The translations under genes were made by a program, and so were the position numbers. Under the pieces are notes generated by a model. It searched no databases. It was not told the DNA's origin and saw only the letters and a list, made by a program, of their open reading frames with translations. A DNA stretch of 63,524 bases, counting the filler, from Octopus bimaculoides (taxonomy: Eukaryota): the NCBI RefSeq assembly GCF_001194135.2. It is 5 parts of 4 records of this genome, joined end to end, with 100 filler letters (N's around TTAATTAATTAA, not from the genome) between each part and the next. Parts side by side here need not be neighbours in the genome. Positions count along the whole stretch, not along the records: positions 24,769 to 41,647 come from NC_068988.1; 4 more parts are not named here. One strand, 5' to 3'. Positions 27,691-41,647 of the stretch are shown here, piece after piece (position 1 is the first letter of the stretch; each line of letters begins with the position of its first letter).

Positions 27691-28917
27691 CATAGACATG
27701 ACAGAAGTAAATAGACACTCCATAAAACATTGTTTTATGTTTATTGTAACTTGAAAAGGATTATATTTTTTATTAATTGATGTTTTTATGTCTCAGGCTC
27801 TGTATGTGATTGTTTAATCATGCTACATACAAAAGAAGCATTGGAACTGTACGAATTTCAAAGAGGTCATATTGTGGGTCAATCTGAAGGTGGACTTAAT
27901 CAGCGTAAAATCACAGAAAACCTTGGGATCTCACTTTCTACATTGTGCAATTCACCAGAGAGGGAAAGGAGTCCACATTACCTCACCCATGATGACCAGG
28001 ACCCTCTGACAGGACCCTTTGCTTTGTTAAGAGAAGTGTGGAGATACTCCTTGTTGCAAGGCCTCTGACATACCAGAACAAGTTAATGTCAGTCCCAGAA
28101 CAGCTGTCATCTATCTCCACAAATTTTGCTACAATGGCAGAGTAGCCAAAAGGAAGCCACTTCTTTGACCAGCCAATATTAAGCAGAGAAAAGATTGGAG
28201 TAGTGAGATGGTGGAGAGACCACTAGCATTTTGGAACGCTGTCATATTCTCTGATGAGTCCAGATTTGCTGTATTTTCTGACAGTGGTCGAATGTGCATC
28301 TGGAAATTCTATGATCATGAATTTGATGAGAAATGATTGCAGCCAACAATGGAACATAGTGGCTATTCTGTGATGGTCTGGGGAGCAATGGTCGATCAGA
28401 GCTGATGGAGTGTGAGGGAAACATAAACTCAGATAAACATGTGTCCATATTACAGAAATAACACCTTCCAATTTTTCTCCAGTAGTGAAATGATTAAAGA
28501 CTATTTATGGAAGATGGAGCTCCTTGTCACATGCCTAAGAAGACTCAAGGTTAGTGGGGAAGAGAATGGCATTAAAAAGCTTCCATGGTGAAGCCAGTCA
28601 CCAGATATGAATCCTATTGAACAATTCTGGGGCATAATGGACAGGACACTTAATAAAATGAACAAGACAGCATCATCAAAGCCAGATCTCTTGAGATTAC
28701 TGCATGAAACTTGGCAAGAAATTCCTCAAGAGAATATGTGTCATCTGATCAGTAGCATACCTAATAGGGTCCTTGCATTGAAAAATGCAAAGGGTATGTC
28801 TACTAAATATTATATATTCACATTATAATAATTAATAAATTATTTGAATGTATAATTTCAGGTTTAAATAAATTTTAACGATTATAAGGGTGTTTATTTT
28901 CTTCTGTTATGTCTGTG
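27691..28917 (+). mobile_element. Decayed Tc1-family DNA transposon with both TIRs
   Basis: TA flanks both ends. About 30-bp imperfect TIRs (CATAGACATGACAGAAGTAAATAGACAC vs reverse complement CACAGACATAACAGAAGAAAATAAACAC). Broken transposase with IFSDES, EDGAPCH and QSPDMNPIEQFW motifs. Confidence 0.92.
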
Positions 28918-30031
28918 TATATGTACTGAAGGGTACCTATTCACTATGGTAGGCTGCCAATCCTCAAAACTTATTAGAACTATATAGTATATTACTATGG
29001 CAGCCTCAGCACTTAGCAGTTATTTAGTTTCCTCTCTAAGTATTCTGAGTTTAACTAACTTATATGTCATCAGTACTGGTTTGATTAAATCACTTCCAGT
29101 AATCTGTAGATACACTTTCATTACACAATACTCCACAAGAATCTACCACATTTTCAAATTATCTGCCAGAAATTATAGTCAAATCTACTTTAAATCATAG
29201 TCTTCTATCTAAAATACAGTTACATACATTATTAGATGGTATAGTTTTAGATACCTGGTAAAACATGGAAAACCTATAATCTTAAGTCTGGCGGATCTGA
29301 TCTGGCCTGGTGTTAAAAAATAATGACAGTAATAATAACCAGAATAACAACAAAACAAATGTAGCATTATGTGTATTCTGAAGAACACATTATTAGTAAT
29401 ATAATTAAAATGGTGAATTAATTTTGCTTTCAGGAGTCAATAAAATAAGTAGCATTGAGTACTGGGGTTGATGTAATCAAATAGCCTCCACCCTAATATT
29501 TCAGGCTTTGTACCTTATAGAAGAAAGAATTATTAATAATACAATTTCAGTTTACTTCCAAAATAACAGCATCCAGAATAACAGAAAACTTAGGCTAGCA
29601 GAACTTCTTTAAGTATATTCTGTTGTGTCTGGGGAGAGTCATTTTCTTATTGTGCCTTAAAATTTCCACTTATTTTTCTTTTTATTTTCCTAAAATTTTC
29701 GTTGCATCTTGCAACCTTATCAATAGTCTTGACTGTCCGTTATTTACGCTGCGTTCTTTTTTGCTTTTGTTTGTTTTTGCGCATGTGTGTGTATGTATGC
29801 ATGCATGTATGTGTACATGTGTGTGTATGTATGTCTGTGTGTGTGTGCACATGTATATATGTATGTATGTGTGTGTATGCATATATGTATGTATGTGTGT
29901 GCGTTTGCATGTATGTATGTATGAATTCTGCATATTCCTGTGTTTCTGTGTTTTTTTTATGTATGTGTGTATATGTATGTATGTTCCTCTGTCTCCTTGT
30001 GTGTGCATGTCTGAGTGTGTGTGTGTGTGTG

Positions 30032-30064
<33 letters not shown>

Positions 30065-30374
30065 TTCTGCTATGTACCATGTTTGTATGTATGGGTGCAC
30101 ATCTCCATATGTGTGGACATGTGTCTTTGTGTGAAGTAAAGTGTGTGTGTATATGTGGTCATGTGTTTCAATCTCTATTTGCGTATGTGGTTGTCTGTTC
30201 ATATACCCTATGTACTTACCCGTCTGTATGTAGACCTGTTTGTTTACATATACATACATGTGCATGCACACACAGACATACACAGACATACACACATCTA
30301 TCTGCATAAAAGCCCATTCACTGTTCTACTCTACCTGTGTAAAATGTGGGTATGGAGGTATGATATCTATGTAT

Positions 30375-30830
30375 ATTTCTTATTTAGTATTGGAGAAGTT
30401 TCATTTATAAGGACGTACTCCCGTATTTGTCTTAGAGTTGGGTCTTTTGGGTGCTTGGATAAGATGCAGATGTCAAGTTGACCTAAGTTGCCTCCATGCT
30501 GGTCTTTGGCATGTTGGTAGAGTATGGAGGACTGTTTTTTGTCGTCATATTGTTTCAGCTGTTCGTTTAGTCATTCCGCAATGCTCCTAGATGTTTCCCC
30601 TATGTATGTCATATTCAGGTCTTTACAAGCACCTTCCATGAATTTTATGCTGTAAACTACATTTCTATTTCTGCAGTTAATGCCAGGGCTAATCCTACAT
30701 ACCATGCAGTTATCATCTGTAAGTAGTTTTATAAAAATGCTGACAATGCGCTGATTTGTTTATTTCCACATTTTTCTTTGACTTTCTTATTTGCTATTTT
30801 ATTGATAAATTAAAATGCAAATATTTGGAT
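30375..30830 (-). mobile_element. Penelope-like element fragment (GIY-YIG endonuclease)
   Basis: Translation DNCMVCRISPGINCRNRNVVYSIKFMEGACKDLNMTYIGETSRSIAE* shows the Cys motif plus the VVY...YIGET core, with one stop. Confidence 0.85.
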
Positions 30831-30919
30831 GGAATATTGTATGCATGATTTTGTTAAGGTGAATTGTATCCATATATCTGGACCTTGATTTCAGCTAAAA
30901 ATAAAGATTTTATAGAAAA

Positions 30920-32271
30920 CTAGCAGCTAAGCCCGGTTTCACCCGGTCAGAGAACAGCGTGAAGAGAGAAATGAAGACATAAAAAAGAGGAAGAAGTGGA
31001 TACGCAGTGGTGTTTGGGCGACGGATCTGGGTAGAAAAAAAAGAATGTCATGGTGAGCTAGCAAGGAGAGCAAAGCAAGACTGGACTTACGTGGGCTGGC
31101 AGGACGATGAAAAAATTGCGGAGTTGAAATTGGAGCAGTTGAAGTTGCCATTGTTATCCTTGGAGTGCCTCTTGGTAGACAACATTCTTCGTCCTTCCGT
31201 CGGATGCACAAATAGAAAGACCATGGGGACAGCCATCTTACAGTTGTGCATGTGAGAATACTTGCTCTGTCAGATTCAAACCAACTGCTTGCACTGATTG
31301 TCCCTGTGCCTTGTTGATTGTCATGGGAAAGCAGAGTTTAATGGGAAATTGCATTTGTTTAAACTTGTAGGTTGTATTGGAGTGGGTAAGGGACATAGGA
31401 GTTATAAGTATGTCTTAGCCAGTGGCCGGTTCATTCAAGATTGTTGCCTACAGAACTCGGGAGCATAAATTTTTGATAATCATCCGCGTACCATGCACAT
31501 TATTGGAGCATCTAAATTCCTTAGCAGCATGATTGGCGTGCCAACTTTCAGATGCAGTTTGTGAGCTGGTAGTTCTGCGGGTACCCCCTTTTGTCAAATT
31601 TGTCATGGGCCGGCCAGTCTATCTCAGATATATGGGAAGCTGGATTAAATTTTTCATCAACACAAGGGAGCCAAAATAAATTTTTTTAATGTCCAAGGGA
31701 AGCCAAATCGCAAAAACGGTTGAGAAATGCTGATCTATAACAATGGTTTTTATTTAGGCACATTGTAAAAGTAATTATAATGAATTGTTTAATATAAAGA
31801 AAAGTATGTTTTTTCAAGCAAATACAGTTAGAAAAAATATTTACCATTTCAAGTCATCACTAAAAACAAAGCTCATCAATTTTTGAATGAAATAATAATT
31901 TTATTCTTTTATTGTAAGTTGTAAATTTTGCCCGAGAAATAAAGCAAATAATCACCAAATGCATTGTTAAAAATCTGCAACTCGATAGCAAATATCTCCA
32001 AATTGATTAGAAATGCATAAATTTAATAATAACAATGTTTTTGAGTTTCCGGTTCGAATGACATGAGTGTTTTTGTTTCACTTTTGACACGTAATACTTA
32101 AATAGTAGAGGAGATATGATGTTGCTGTGGGCTGGAAGTATGCAAGAAGTTAAAATTGTATTTTTTACTAAAACACAACCGGGACCCTAAGTAAGGCATG
32201 TGTAAAATTTGAATGAAATTGGTTGTGTAGTTCTGGAGTTTTAGGGATTCACACAGACACACACACACACA

Positions 32272-32366
<95 letters not shown>

Positions 32367-32389
32367 TCTCAATTTTATATAAATATAGA
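30920..32389 (-). mobile_element. Internally deleted Helitron retaining both termini and the PIF1-helicase C-terminus
   Basis: On the minus strand the 5' end is A|TCTATATTTATATAAAA at 32389 and the 3' end is GACCGGGTGAAACCGGG-N-CTAG|T at 30920. Helicase remnants at ~31160-31590: HKLHLKVGTPIMLLRNL, QFPIKLCFPMTINKAQGQS, VFSHAQL, TKNVVYQEAL. Confidence 0.88.
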
Positions 32390-35300
32390 TAATGCATTGG
32401 GAGACTTCAATGGTTTCCCAGAGGATTGTTTGACTAGCTTTAAGATCTCTTTGCTTCCTTGCATTCTCAAGTTGACAAATGACCCCTAAGGACTTCTTTT
32501 GTATGTGTTTATGATAGAATTACCCTAAGAAAATATAAAAATGGTTAATCATTGCTAACTTGATTCAAATTTTAGGAGAGAGAAGAATCTAAATTTATCT
32601 CCCAAAGTGTTTGTTTGACTGATACTTTATTAAAAATAGAATTGATAAATAAAATATGAACTCAGAGTACAAATAGCTCACCAAATACTGAAAGGCATTC
32701 TTTTAGAAGATTTCATGTCAATAATAAAGGATTTCACAATCATGGCATCAGAAATCTCCAATATTTTTCTTGTATGGGAAGCTTAGTGTTCTATAAATAT
32801 GCATTCATCTTGCTCCCTGATATTTTATTGTCTATACTGTCCTTGTGGCACATTGTATAAAATTCCTTTGGGTATTTAAACACATCATTTGAGGTTTTGA
32901 GTTCAACTCCCACCAGACACAATCTTTCCATTCATCCCTCCAGGATCGATAAAATAAAGTACCAGTCTGAGGTCAATGTAAACTATTATACTCTTTCTCT
33001 CAAAAAAACTGACGAATATTTTGCCTAAAATTAGAACATTTATTTATAAATGATTAATGGACAGCATCATCAGAGCACTAAGCAAAATAAACTTCGGTAT
33101 TTATTCTGGTTGTTTACACTCCGAGTGCCAATCTTGCCAAGATCCACTCTGCATATCATCCTCTCAAGATTGGTTAGAGAAATTACCAGTGAAGTGCTGG
33201 GGATGACGGTATCGACAAAGCCCCTCTCCACAAAAACTGCTGACCCTGTGCATATCAGAACTTATTAATGTTGCTGTTTCTTGCACTTTCAAGGTATTTC
33301 TTTTCGATCCTGGTAAGTTAGGATTTTCAAACTGGTTTCTAATTGGTTTTAATTGTAGGAAATTTCTATTTTTATGTGTACACTAGCATATAACAAAGTT
33401 ATATGTTATTAGTTTACATTCTTGACTCACTCCTCAATGAGGTAGCTAAGAAACACTTTAATAGAAAATTTTTGTTCAGTATGCAACTGTCATATTTTAG
33501 CAGTATGGTGACAAAGTGTCAAAACAACCAACAGGTTATGCCCACCCCAAAATACCCAGATATTTCTGCAAGATCTAAACCTGGTTAAAATACTTCACAC
33601 ATTGGTACTCAATTGACAACAATAAGGACTTTTCCAGCATTGAAGATGTCTTTAATATTACCCTCAATGTCAGCAGCAGCAACAAAATCCCAAGATACTT
33701 ACACTCTTTATCCAGTAAAAAAAGCATTATAGAAAAAAATACTATCGAACCTTTAGCAGGAATGCCATAAGTGTTTTGTCAAGGTTTGTGATGTGAGATT
33801 ATAATGGATCAGGCTGGACATTTTGCAATATATTTATTTTTAAAAAAAAGGTTGTACACATATACATGGAGTTTTTAGATACTCACTGGTAGATATGTAG
33901 GATATAAAGTTCAATTCTCATATGGTCTAAATTCTACAATCATTAACGGCTTATTCTGGAGTCAGGAATAAAATGATCTTCAATGAAAATCAAGAATTGA
34001 GTTTATCTGAATCTACTCACATCTCTGGTTTGCTTGGGCAAGAGTGATATAACATGTCTTTAACTTTATTTAATCAGCCATTTGTTTTCTTGGGGCAAGA
34101 GAAAAAGAGATGTTAGTCTGCCAAGTGTTGCTTGTTTGTGGTATGCAGTAACATGTGTGTTTCCTAGTTGCTCTCAACCTCTACAAAGACTCTTGATGCC
34201 AAACCACTTATGATTAGAGAAAAGGGTGTGGATCTCAAGGACATTTACTTTTGGTCTGACAGTGTAATGTGATCTCTTGCAACCCATTTGGTTACACAGT
34301 CTATTTGTGGCACTGGCCTGATAACTTAAAGAACAGGGATTGAATTCTGTCCAATCCCATAAAGAACAATGCTAACATTGAATTAATAAACTCTGCCTTT
34401 CCTCTTGAAACTTTTTCACGAACAGCTAAGGAAAAAGCTGGTGTGCCTATGCCTTTATCACAAATGGAGCAGAGTCCACCATCCATTCAAAGACTTAACT
34501 GAGGGAAGTACTGGGTGATTTTTGGGGCAACATTGTATCCAATGGTTAATTAAAAACCTGCAAGACAATCAGACTGCTCTTCAAGGTTGAGGCCGAGGTG
34601 GGACAACAAGCAGATTTGATGCATGCAACATGAAATCAGGTCATTAAGTCATACTCCAATGTATGAGCCAAAAAACCACAAAGGTGAAGATAAGAGGTAT
34701 TGGTAGTAGTATTAACCCCTGTCTTCTTTTTACCTCTATAAAACTCTGTGAGTGAGTGATAAGTGCAGAGATTACAAAAAATGATGTAAGGTAAGGTGAT
34801 CATGGGAGGACAACTTGGACTACAATACCTCAAGACCTCAAAGCTATTCCAGATTTTTACCTTGTTATTGACAGAAAATAAAACTAAAGTGATAAGACTG
34901 ACATCTAAGTTGTTGCAATAAGACACCTGTGCCGATATGATGTCTTTTACTTCCCACAGAGTTTCTGACCTTGTACCAAATGTTAAAGATCATCTAATAT
35001 TCTTATCACTGCCTTCACCATCCATCAGTACCATAATTATCACAAACATCAGCACCAAATATAGGTAGAGACAAATGATGTGTTGTGTCTAAGCAATACG
35101 ATTTGTAGTGGTGGTAGCAACAGTGAACAAATAGATTGCTGTTTGAGTCAGATCTGCTGAGTATTTGGAAAGTTAAACAAGTAAAATGCTATGGTCCACT
35201 TGAATCACATATTATACAGAGCAATAGAATTATTGACCAAAATGCTCTTATCAGAGACATGGACACTAGAGTGCAAGCTCATGTAAAATGTATGTTCTAA

Positions 35301-36949
35301 TGTTGATGCACCCGAAACATATGCACATCACCTGAAAAGACAAACAGCATCATTCTAAAGAAATCTAAGCTTTATAGCATGAAAGAGATATTAATAAGTT
35401 AAAACCTCCACTAGCTTGAGCACATCAGAGAATTTTGAAAACTTAGTTATTAAGTTATATTCTCTAATAAGTGGCTAAGGCTGTTTCTAAATCAAGCTAA
35501 AAATAGATTAAGATACAAGGATCTGATTTAAGAGAATCTGGAGAGTTTAAATATTGATAATTACAGTGGGATCACAACAGATTAAGGCAGAAAACAATGG
35601 AAGGTGATCTACTTATAATGTAACATAGCTTTAAGTGATGAGTTACTTCATCATTCAAAAGCAACAGACTGCTTATGATGATGTAGATACATTGCTGATG
35701 TATATCAGTGAAAGATGAGAAAGCAAAAATATAAATATTTTTGGATAAAACTACCACGAGCAGCATTTTTACACATATTAACAACATTTTTCAATAAATA
35801 GTCTTTTTCAATATATTAGCAATATTTTCGACACTCTCACCATTAAAAACACAATGAACCAGTAACTGAGCCATTGGAAATGTTCACCAAATAAATGGAT
35901 AAATATTTACCCATGTATCCACACACACACACACTCATGCATGTGCATGTGTGCATGTGTGTGTGTATGTGTGTGTGTCTGTGTGTGTGTCTGTGTCTTT
36001 GCATGTGTGTGATATGAACACTGAATACACAAATATGTCATAATTATCATTATAGATTTCACATCTATTTGCTCATGTTCTCATGTGTGGGAGAAATTTG
36101 TAGTCGGGCAGCTTTTCACATGATTTATTCCATGAATAATTTGAGCAACACAATGTCAATGACGCTTATGGCATCTCGACCATCTTTGCATTCTGAGATC
36201 AAATTCTGTCAAGATCGACTTTGCCTTTCACTTTTACAGGGTCAATGGAATAAGTAATAGTTGTGTACTAGGGGCAATGCAATCAAAATTTTAGGTCCTG
36301 TGTCAACAATAGAAAGGATTATATTTTTAGCTTTAAACAGTGAGCAAGCAGAATTGTAAGCACACTGGACAAAATGCTTAGCAACAATCTTTCTGCTTTT
36401 ATGTTTTGAGTTCAAATTGTACTAAGATCAAATTTGCCTTTTATAATTTTGAGGCCGATGAAATAAGTACCAATGGAACATTAGGTCAATTAACTCCCTC
36501 CTACAAAACTTCTATTTTATTAGTTTCAGTCAGTTGGTTGCAGCTACATTGGGACACCGCCTTCAAACATTAAAGTTGATCAACTCCAATTCTTATTTTA
36601 GTCTGGTATATATTTACATTTGCTTGTCAAACCACTATATAAGGTGCATGGCATAAAGAAATATCCTATATATTGAAAATATATGTGTAGACAGAGTACT
36701 GAAAAGTTCACTTCTCAACCACAAGGTTCTGAGCATAGCATCATAGACAAATTTCATTTCTTATAAACTAGGTTCAACCCAAACCCTGTGAGTGAAATTA
36801 GGGTGGATAGAAACTGTTTAGAAGCCCATTGGAAGCACTGTCACACTGTGCCATGCTGATTCAACTTGACAGCATGTACGCAAAGGGGACATGTGTCTGC
36901 ATCATACCTAGTCAATTACAAATTAATTCAGGACCATGTAATTCAATTG

Positions 36950-37870
36950 AGTGAGCAACTGCAGCCTCATTGACAAACAATGGAAATCTACCATGATCAT
37001 ACAAACACATACTTATACGGATGTATGTACATCTGATAACCTTAAATACATGTCCAAAGAAGTTGCACAACTCTGCTGCAGTGTATCATCAGATGAAAGG
37101 ATGAGCATATATGAACAGAAGACCATGCATGCATATGTTAATAGAAAGCTCCATTGATCATCAAAGCAGTCTATCATGGACTAATAACCAGACTACTACC
37201 TCCCACTTTGAAGGGTATGCATTTGCAATCCAGGAACAGGAAATATTGACCAAATATCTGATGCAGAAAAGGGATAGAGATGCAGGAAAAACAGTAAAAT
37301 GTGACAACCGATGCAGGCTTTGTGGAGTTAACCCTGGAGATGTCATCTTCACCATAAGCAGTTGTCTGAAAATGTCATCACGGTATTATCTACCAATGAG
37401 ACATGATGTTGCAGTCAGAACACTATATAATGAAATCTGTCAGAAGGATAACCCTAAGGACAAAGAAATAAGAACTCACGGTATGGTAGAAACCATAGCC
37501 ACTCATAATAAAAAGGAGTACTGGTGGAATGTCCCAGTGAAAACCTCAATAAAATGTAAGCACAACAGACCTGATATAAGGATTTGGGATAGAGAAGTGA
37601 AATTGTGTGCAGTTGTGGAAATTAGTTACCGAGTGGATGTTAACATAAAGCTGATGATCAGTGTAAAAGAGAATACCTACACTGAACTATTGAGAAATCT
37701 GCAGTTACTCTATTCAGATTCCAAGTTCAGGTTTATACCTGTAATTATTGGGGCACTGGGATATGAAGCACATTGCCTAAATACCAATCTTGAAAAATTA
37801 GGCTTCTCAAAACCAGAAAGGGGAAAGCTGATTCCCAAGACTACAAATCCAATCCATCACATTCAACTAA
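36950..37870 (+). mobile_element. RLE-type non-LTR retrotransposon 3' fragment (CCHC knuckle plus restriction-like endonuclease)
   Basis: ORF 37111-37911 contains EGYAFAIQEQEI, CRLCG...SSC...RHD, HNRPDI...VEIS and PVIIGALG. A frameshifted KTMH segment lies upstream. Confidence 0.88.
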
Positions 37871-38031
37871 AAAATGAAAGTTCAAGATGGCTTGGTCAAG
37901 ATCTCACATAGTGTTGTTGACATTGGTATAAAAAATCAGTCTAGAATTCTGTATTTCTTGGATGTTATGGAACGGTAAAAGTGACTTTCAAGTCTGTAAC
38001 AACTATGCCACTGTTACACTCCACTCATATA

Positions 38032-39527
38032 CAGTGGGGGGAAATAAATATGCGTACATGTCAAAATTCTTTATTTATTTAATTTCTAATGAACATAAAT
38101 GGGATATACCAATACTATATTTGCATACACATGCATAAACTAAGAATATACAAGAGAAACTAATAAATTATAGTAACTAATGAATTTATATAAAATTATA
38201 AATATTTTGGAGTGAAAAAAGTATTCGTACAGAATAAATTTATGAGTTTCTATGCCACAAAATGCTGTTAAAATAAGTTTTTCTTTTACTAGAACTTTCT
38301 CGTTTGTTCCAATAATCTTATCAGTGGTCATTTTTAAGCGTCAANNNNNNNNNNNNNNNNNNNNNNNNNNNNNNNNNNNNNNNNNNNNNNNNNNNNNNNN
38401 NNNNNNNNNNNNNNNNNNNNNNNNNNNNNNNNNNNNNNNNNNNNNNNNNNNNNNNNNNNNNNNNNNNNNNNNNNNNNNNNNNNNNNNNNNNNNNNNNNNN
38501 NNNNNNNNNNCTAGATCTTTAAGAAAAATGAAGTGAAGTATTGAAAAAAACGCAATGGTCACCAGAAAGAAGTTGCAAAAAGCTTTGTTAGCTTCAGGGA
38601 CTAGTGTTACACTATGAACAATCAGCAATGAAATTCATGGGAATGAACTGAAGTCATGCTCTCTGAGGAAAACTCCACTGTTGACTAAAAGGCATAGAGA
38701 TGCCCGTTTAAAATTTGTTTATGAACATAAAGATAAATCTGATACATTCTGGGAAAATGTTCTTTGGACAGACGAGTCGAAAATTGAATTGTTTAGGCGA
38801 AATTCACGTAGCCATGTTTGGAGGAAAGATGGTACCACCTATTCGCCGAAAAACACAATTCCTACTGTAAAGTTTGGAAGTGACAACATCATTGTGTAGG
38901 GGTGTTTCTCTGCAAATGGCACTGACAATTTACATGTGATAGATGGTAGAATGAATACAGAGATGTACCAAAATATTTTGACTTTGTGAAGGGTGGGTTT
39001 TACAACAGGATAACGACCCTAAGTACATGGTGAAGTTTACCAAAAATGGATTGTCAATCATAATATAAAATTATTAGAATGGCCAAGCCAGTCACCTGAC
39101 TTGAACCCCATTGAAAATTTGTGGAGTTATTTGAAAATTAAAACTCATTCAAGAGCCCCAATGTGCATTCCAGATTTGAAAAAAAATTTGTCAAGAAGAA
39201 TGGGGAAAAATTCCTAAAGAAACATGCAAGTCATTGATTAAGAGCTACAAGAAGATATTGGTTGAAGTGGAACTGAATAATGGTTATGCTACGAAGTATT
39301 AAATCAGAATTATCAGTTATTTATGTTCTGTACAAATACTTTTTACACCCCAAAATATTTATGTTTGTATATAAATTCATTAGTTACTATGATTTATTAG
39401 TTTCTTTTGCATATTCTTAGTTTATGTATGTGTATGCAAATATAGTATTGGTATATCCCATCTATGTTCATTAGAAATTAAATAAATAAAGAATTTTGAC
39501 ATGTACGAATATTTATTTCCCCCACTG
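38032..39527 (+). mobile_element. Decayed IR/DR-type Tc1 transposon with ~205-bp TIRs
   Basis: TA|CAGTGGGGG ... CCCCCACTG|TA ends with long near-identical inverted repeats. Transposase remnants WTDESKIELF, QDNDPK and EWPSQSPDLNPIENLW contain stops and frameshifts. Confidence 0.95.
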
Positions 39528-39631
39528 TACGTATATATATATGATTGTGTGTATATGTATACGTGTGTATGTATGAATGTACGTATGTCTGTGTGTATGT
39601 GTATATGTGAACATATGTAAATGCATTAGTA

Positions 39632-39685
<54 letters not shown>

Positions 39686-39695
39686 NNNNNNNNNN

Positions 39696-39745
<50 letters not shown>

Positions 39746-40469
39746 ATATGTAAGAATATACGAGTGTATATATCTGTAAGTGTGTGCATGTATACTAGCC
39801 TGAAATGGTGATGACAGTTTGATGTCTTTCAGCGACACTAAGGTCTGCTTCTTTATCTTACTTAACATACAACATGTCTTCCTAGAAATGTTTTGGCTAG
39901 CCCAATTGTTTCCCAGCAATCTTTCATAGTATGCTGAAGCCATAAACAAATTAAGATAAAGCTTGAAATGATAAGGTTGCTTTGACCTCTGCTCTTCGCA
40001 TGTCTGTTATACTTCTGATTTCTCTATAAATTTGAATGTTCTTTTGAAAATATCGCTTACTCATCATACTGTTTGTTGAATAAGTCATCATCAAGGTTTT
40101 ACGTTGCTTGTTTATACTTGTCTAAAATTTTCCTGAAGATGATGGATTTATGCTATGATGTAATCTATGAATGCATCAATAACATTCTACTGAAACATCT
40201 GTAATAAATTTTAAACTCTATTTGTATTTCATCTTTTATACCAATGGCACACCTTGAACCAACCCTGAGTCAGATCTAGAGTTTGTATTGGATTTGGTAC
40301 TTACATATATACATACCTGTTTGTATATAAGTAAGTATGTATATGGTTGTTTTACTCCACTGTGAACTCAATATTATGATTCCTAACCAGTGCTGGTGCC
40401 CTACAAGTTGATGCACATAGATTCTAATGGATCCTGTAACTAATCAATATGTGTGCATATATATATATA

Positions 40470-41647
40470 TATCATCATCCTCCTCATCGTCGTCGTTTAA
40501 CGTCCGCTTTCCATGCTAGCATGGGTTGGACGATTTGACTGAGGACTGGTGAAACCAGATGGCTACACCAGGCTCCAATCTGATTTGGCAGTTTTTACAG
40601 CTGGATGCCCTTCCTAACGCCAACCACTCCGAGAGTGCAGTGGGTGCTTTTACGTGCCACCGGCACGAAGGCCAGTCAGGCGGTACTGGCAACGGCCATG
40701 CTCAAAATGGTGTATTTTACGTGCCACCTGCACAGGAGCTAGTTCGGCGGTATTGGCAACGATCTCGCTCGAATGTCTTTACACATGCCATCCGGCACAA
40801 ATGCCAGGGAGGTGATGCTGGGCACAGGTTCCATGTCGATTTCGCTTTCGCTTGCCCCAACAGGTCTTCGCAAGTCGATTTTCTTGTCCAATGAAGGAGA
40901 CGACGTTGGTATGGCTGCCAGTCGTTGAATCTAATTCGATTTCGATTTCACTTGCCTCAACAGGTCTTCGCAAGCGGATTTTAGTGTCGAATGAAGGAAA
41001 GTAAGCATAAGTGGGCTGGCTGAGGCGTTAGATTTAGGTCTCACTTGGCTTGCCGGGTCTTCTCACGCACAACATATTTCCAGAGGTCTCGGTCAGAAGT
41101 CATCCCCTCAGTGACGCCCAATGTTCGAAGGTCGTGCCTCACCACCTCATCCCAGGTCTTCCTGGGCCTACCTCTTCCACAGGTTCCCTCAACTGCTAAG
41201 GTGTGGCACTTTTTCACACAGCTATCCTCATCCATTCTCGTCTCTCTTGCACACCTCAACTGATGATTCTCAAGGTACTAACACTCTGTCTAGTATGCAC
41301 ACTGACATTACACGTCCATCGGAGCATACTGGCTTCATTCCTTGCGAGCCTACGCATGTCCTCAGCAGTCACGGCCCATGTTTCACTGCTATGAAGCATG
41401 GCTGCTCGTACACATGCGTCATACAGTCTGCCTTTTACTCTGAGTGAGAGGCTCCTTGTCACAAGCAGAGGTAAGAGCTCTCTGAACTTTGCCCAGGCTA
41501 TTCTTATTCTAGCAGCTACACTTTCAGCGCACCCTCCCCAACTACTAACTTGGTCACCTAGATAGTGGAAGCTATCGACTACGTCTAGTTTTTCTCCCTG
41601 GAATGTGGCAGAAGTTGTTTTCTGCACATTTACAGTGTTTATTGCTC
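40470..41647 (-). mobile_element. RTE-clade LINE 3' portion (ORF C-terminus, 3' UTR, (GAT)n tail)
   Basis: DSFHYLGDQVSSWGGCAESVAARIRIAWAKFRELLPLL...HSSETW and GTCGRGRPRKTW, followed by a UTR ending GGACGTTAAACGACGACGATG. Truncated by the gap at 41648. Confidence 0.9.
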
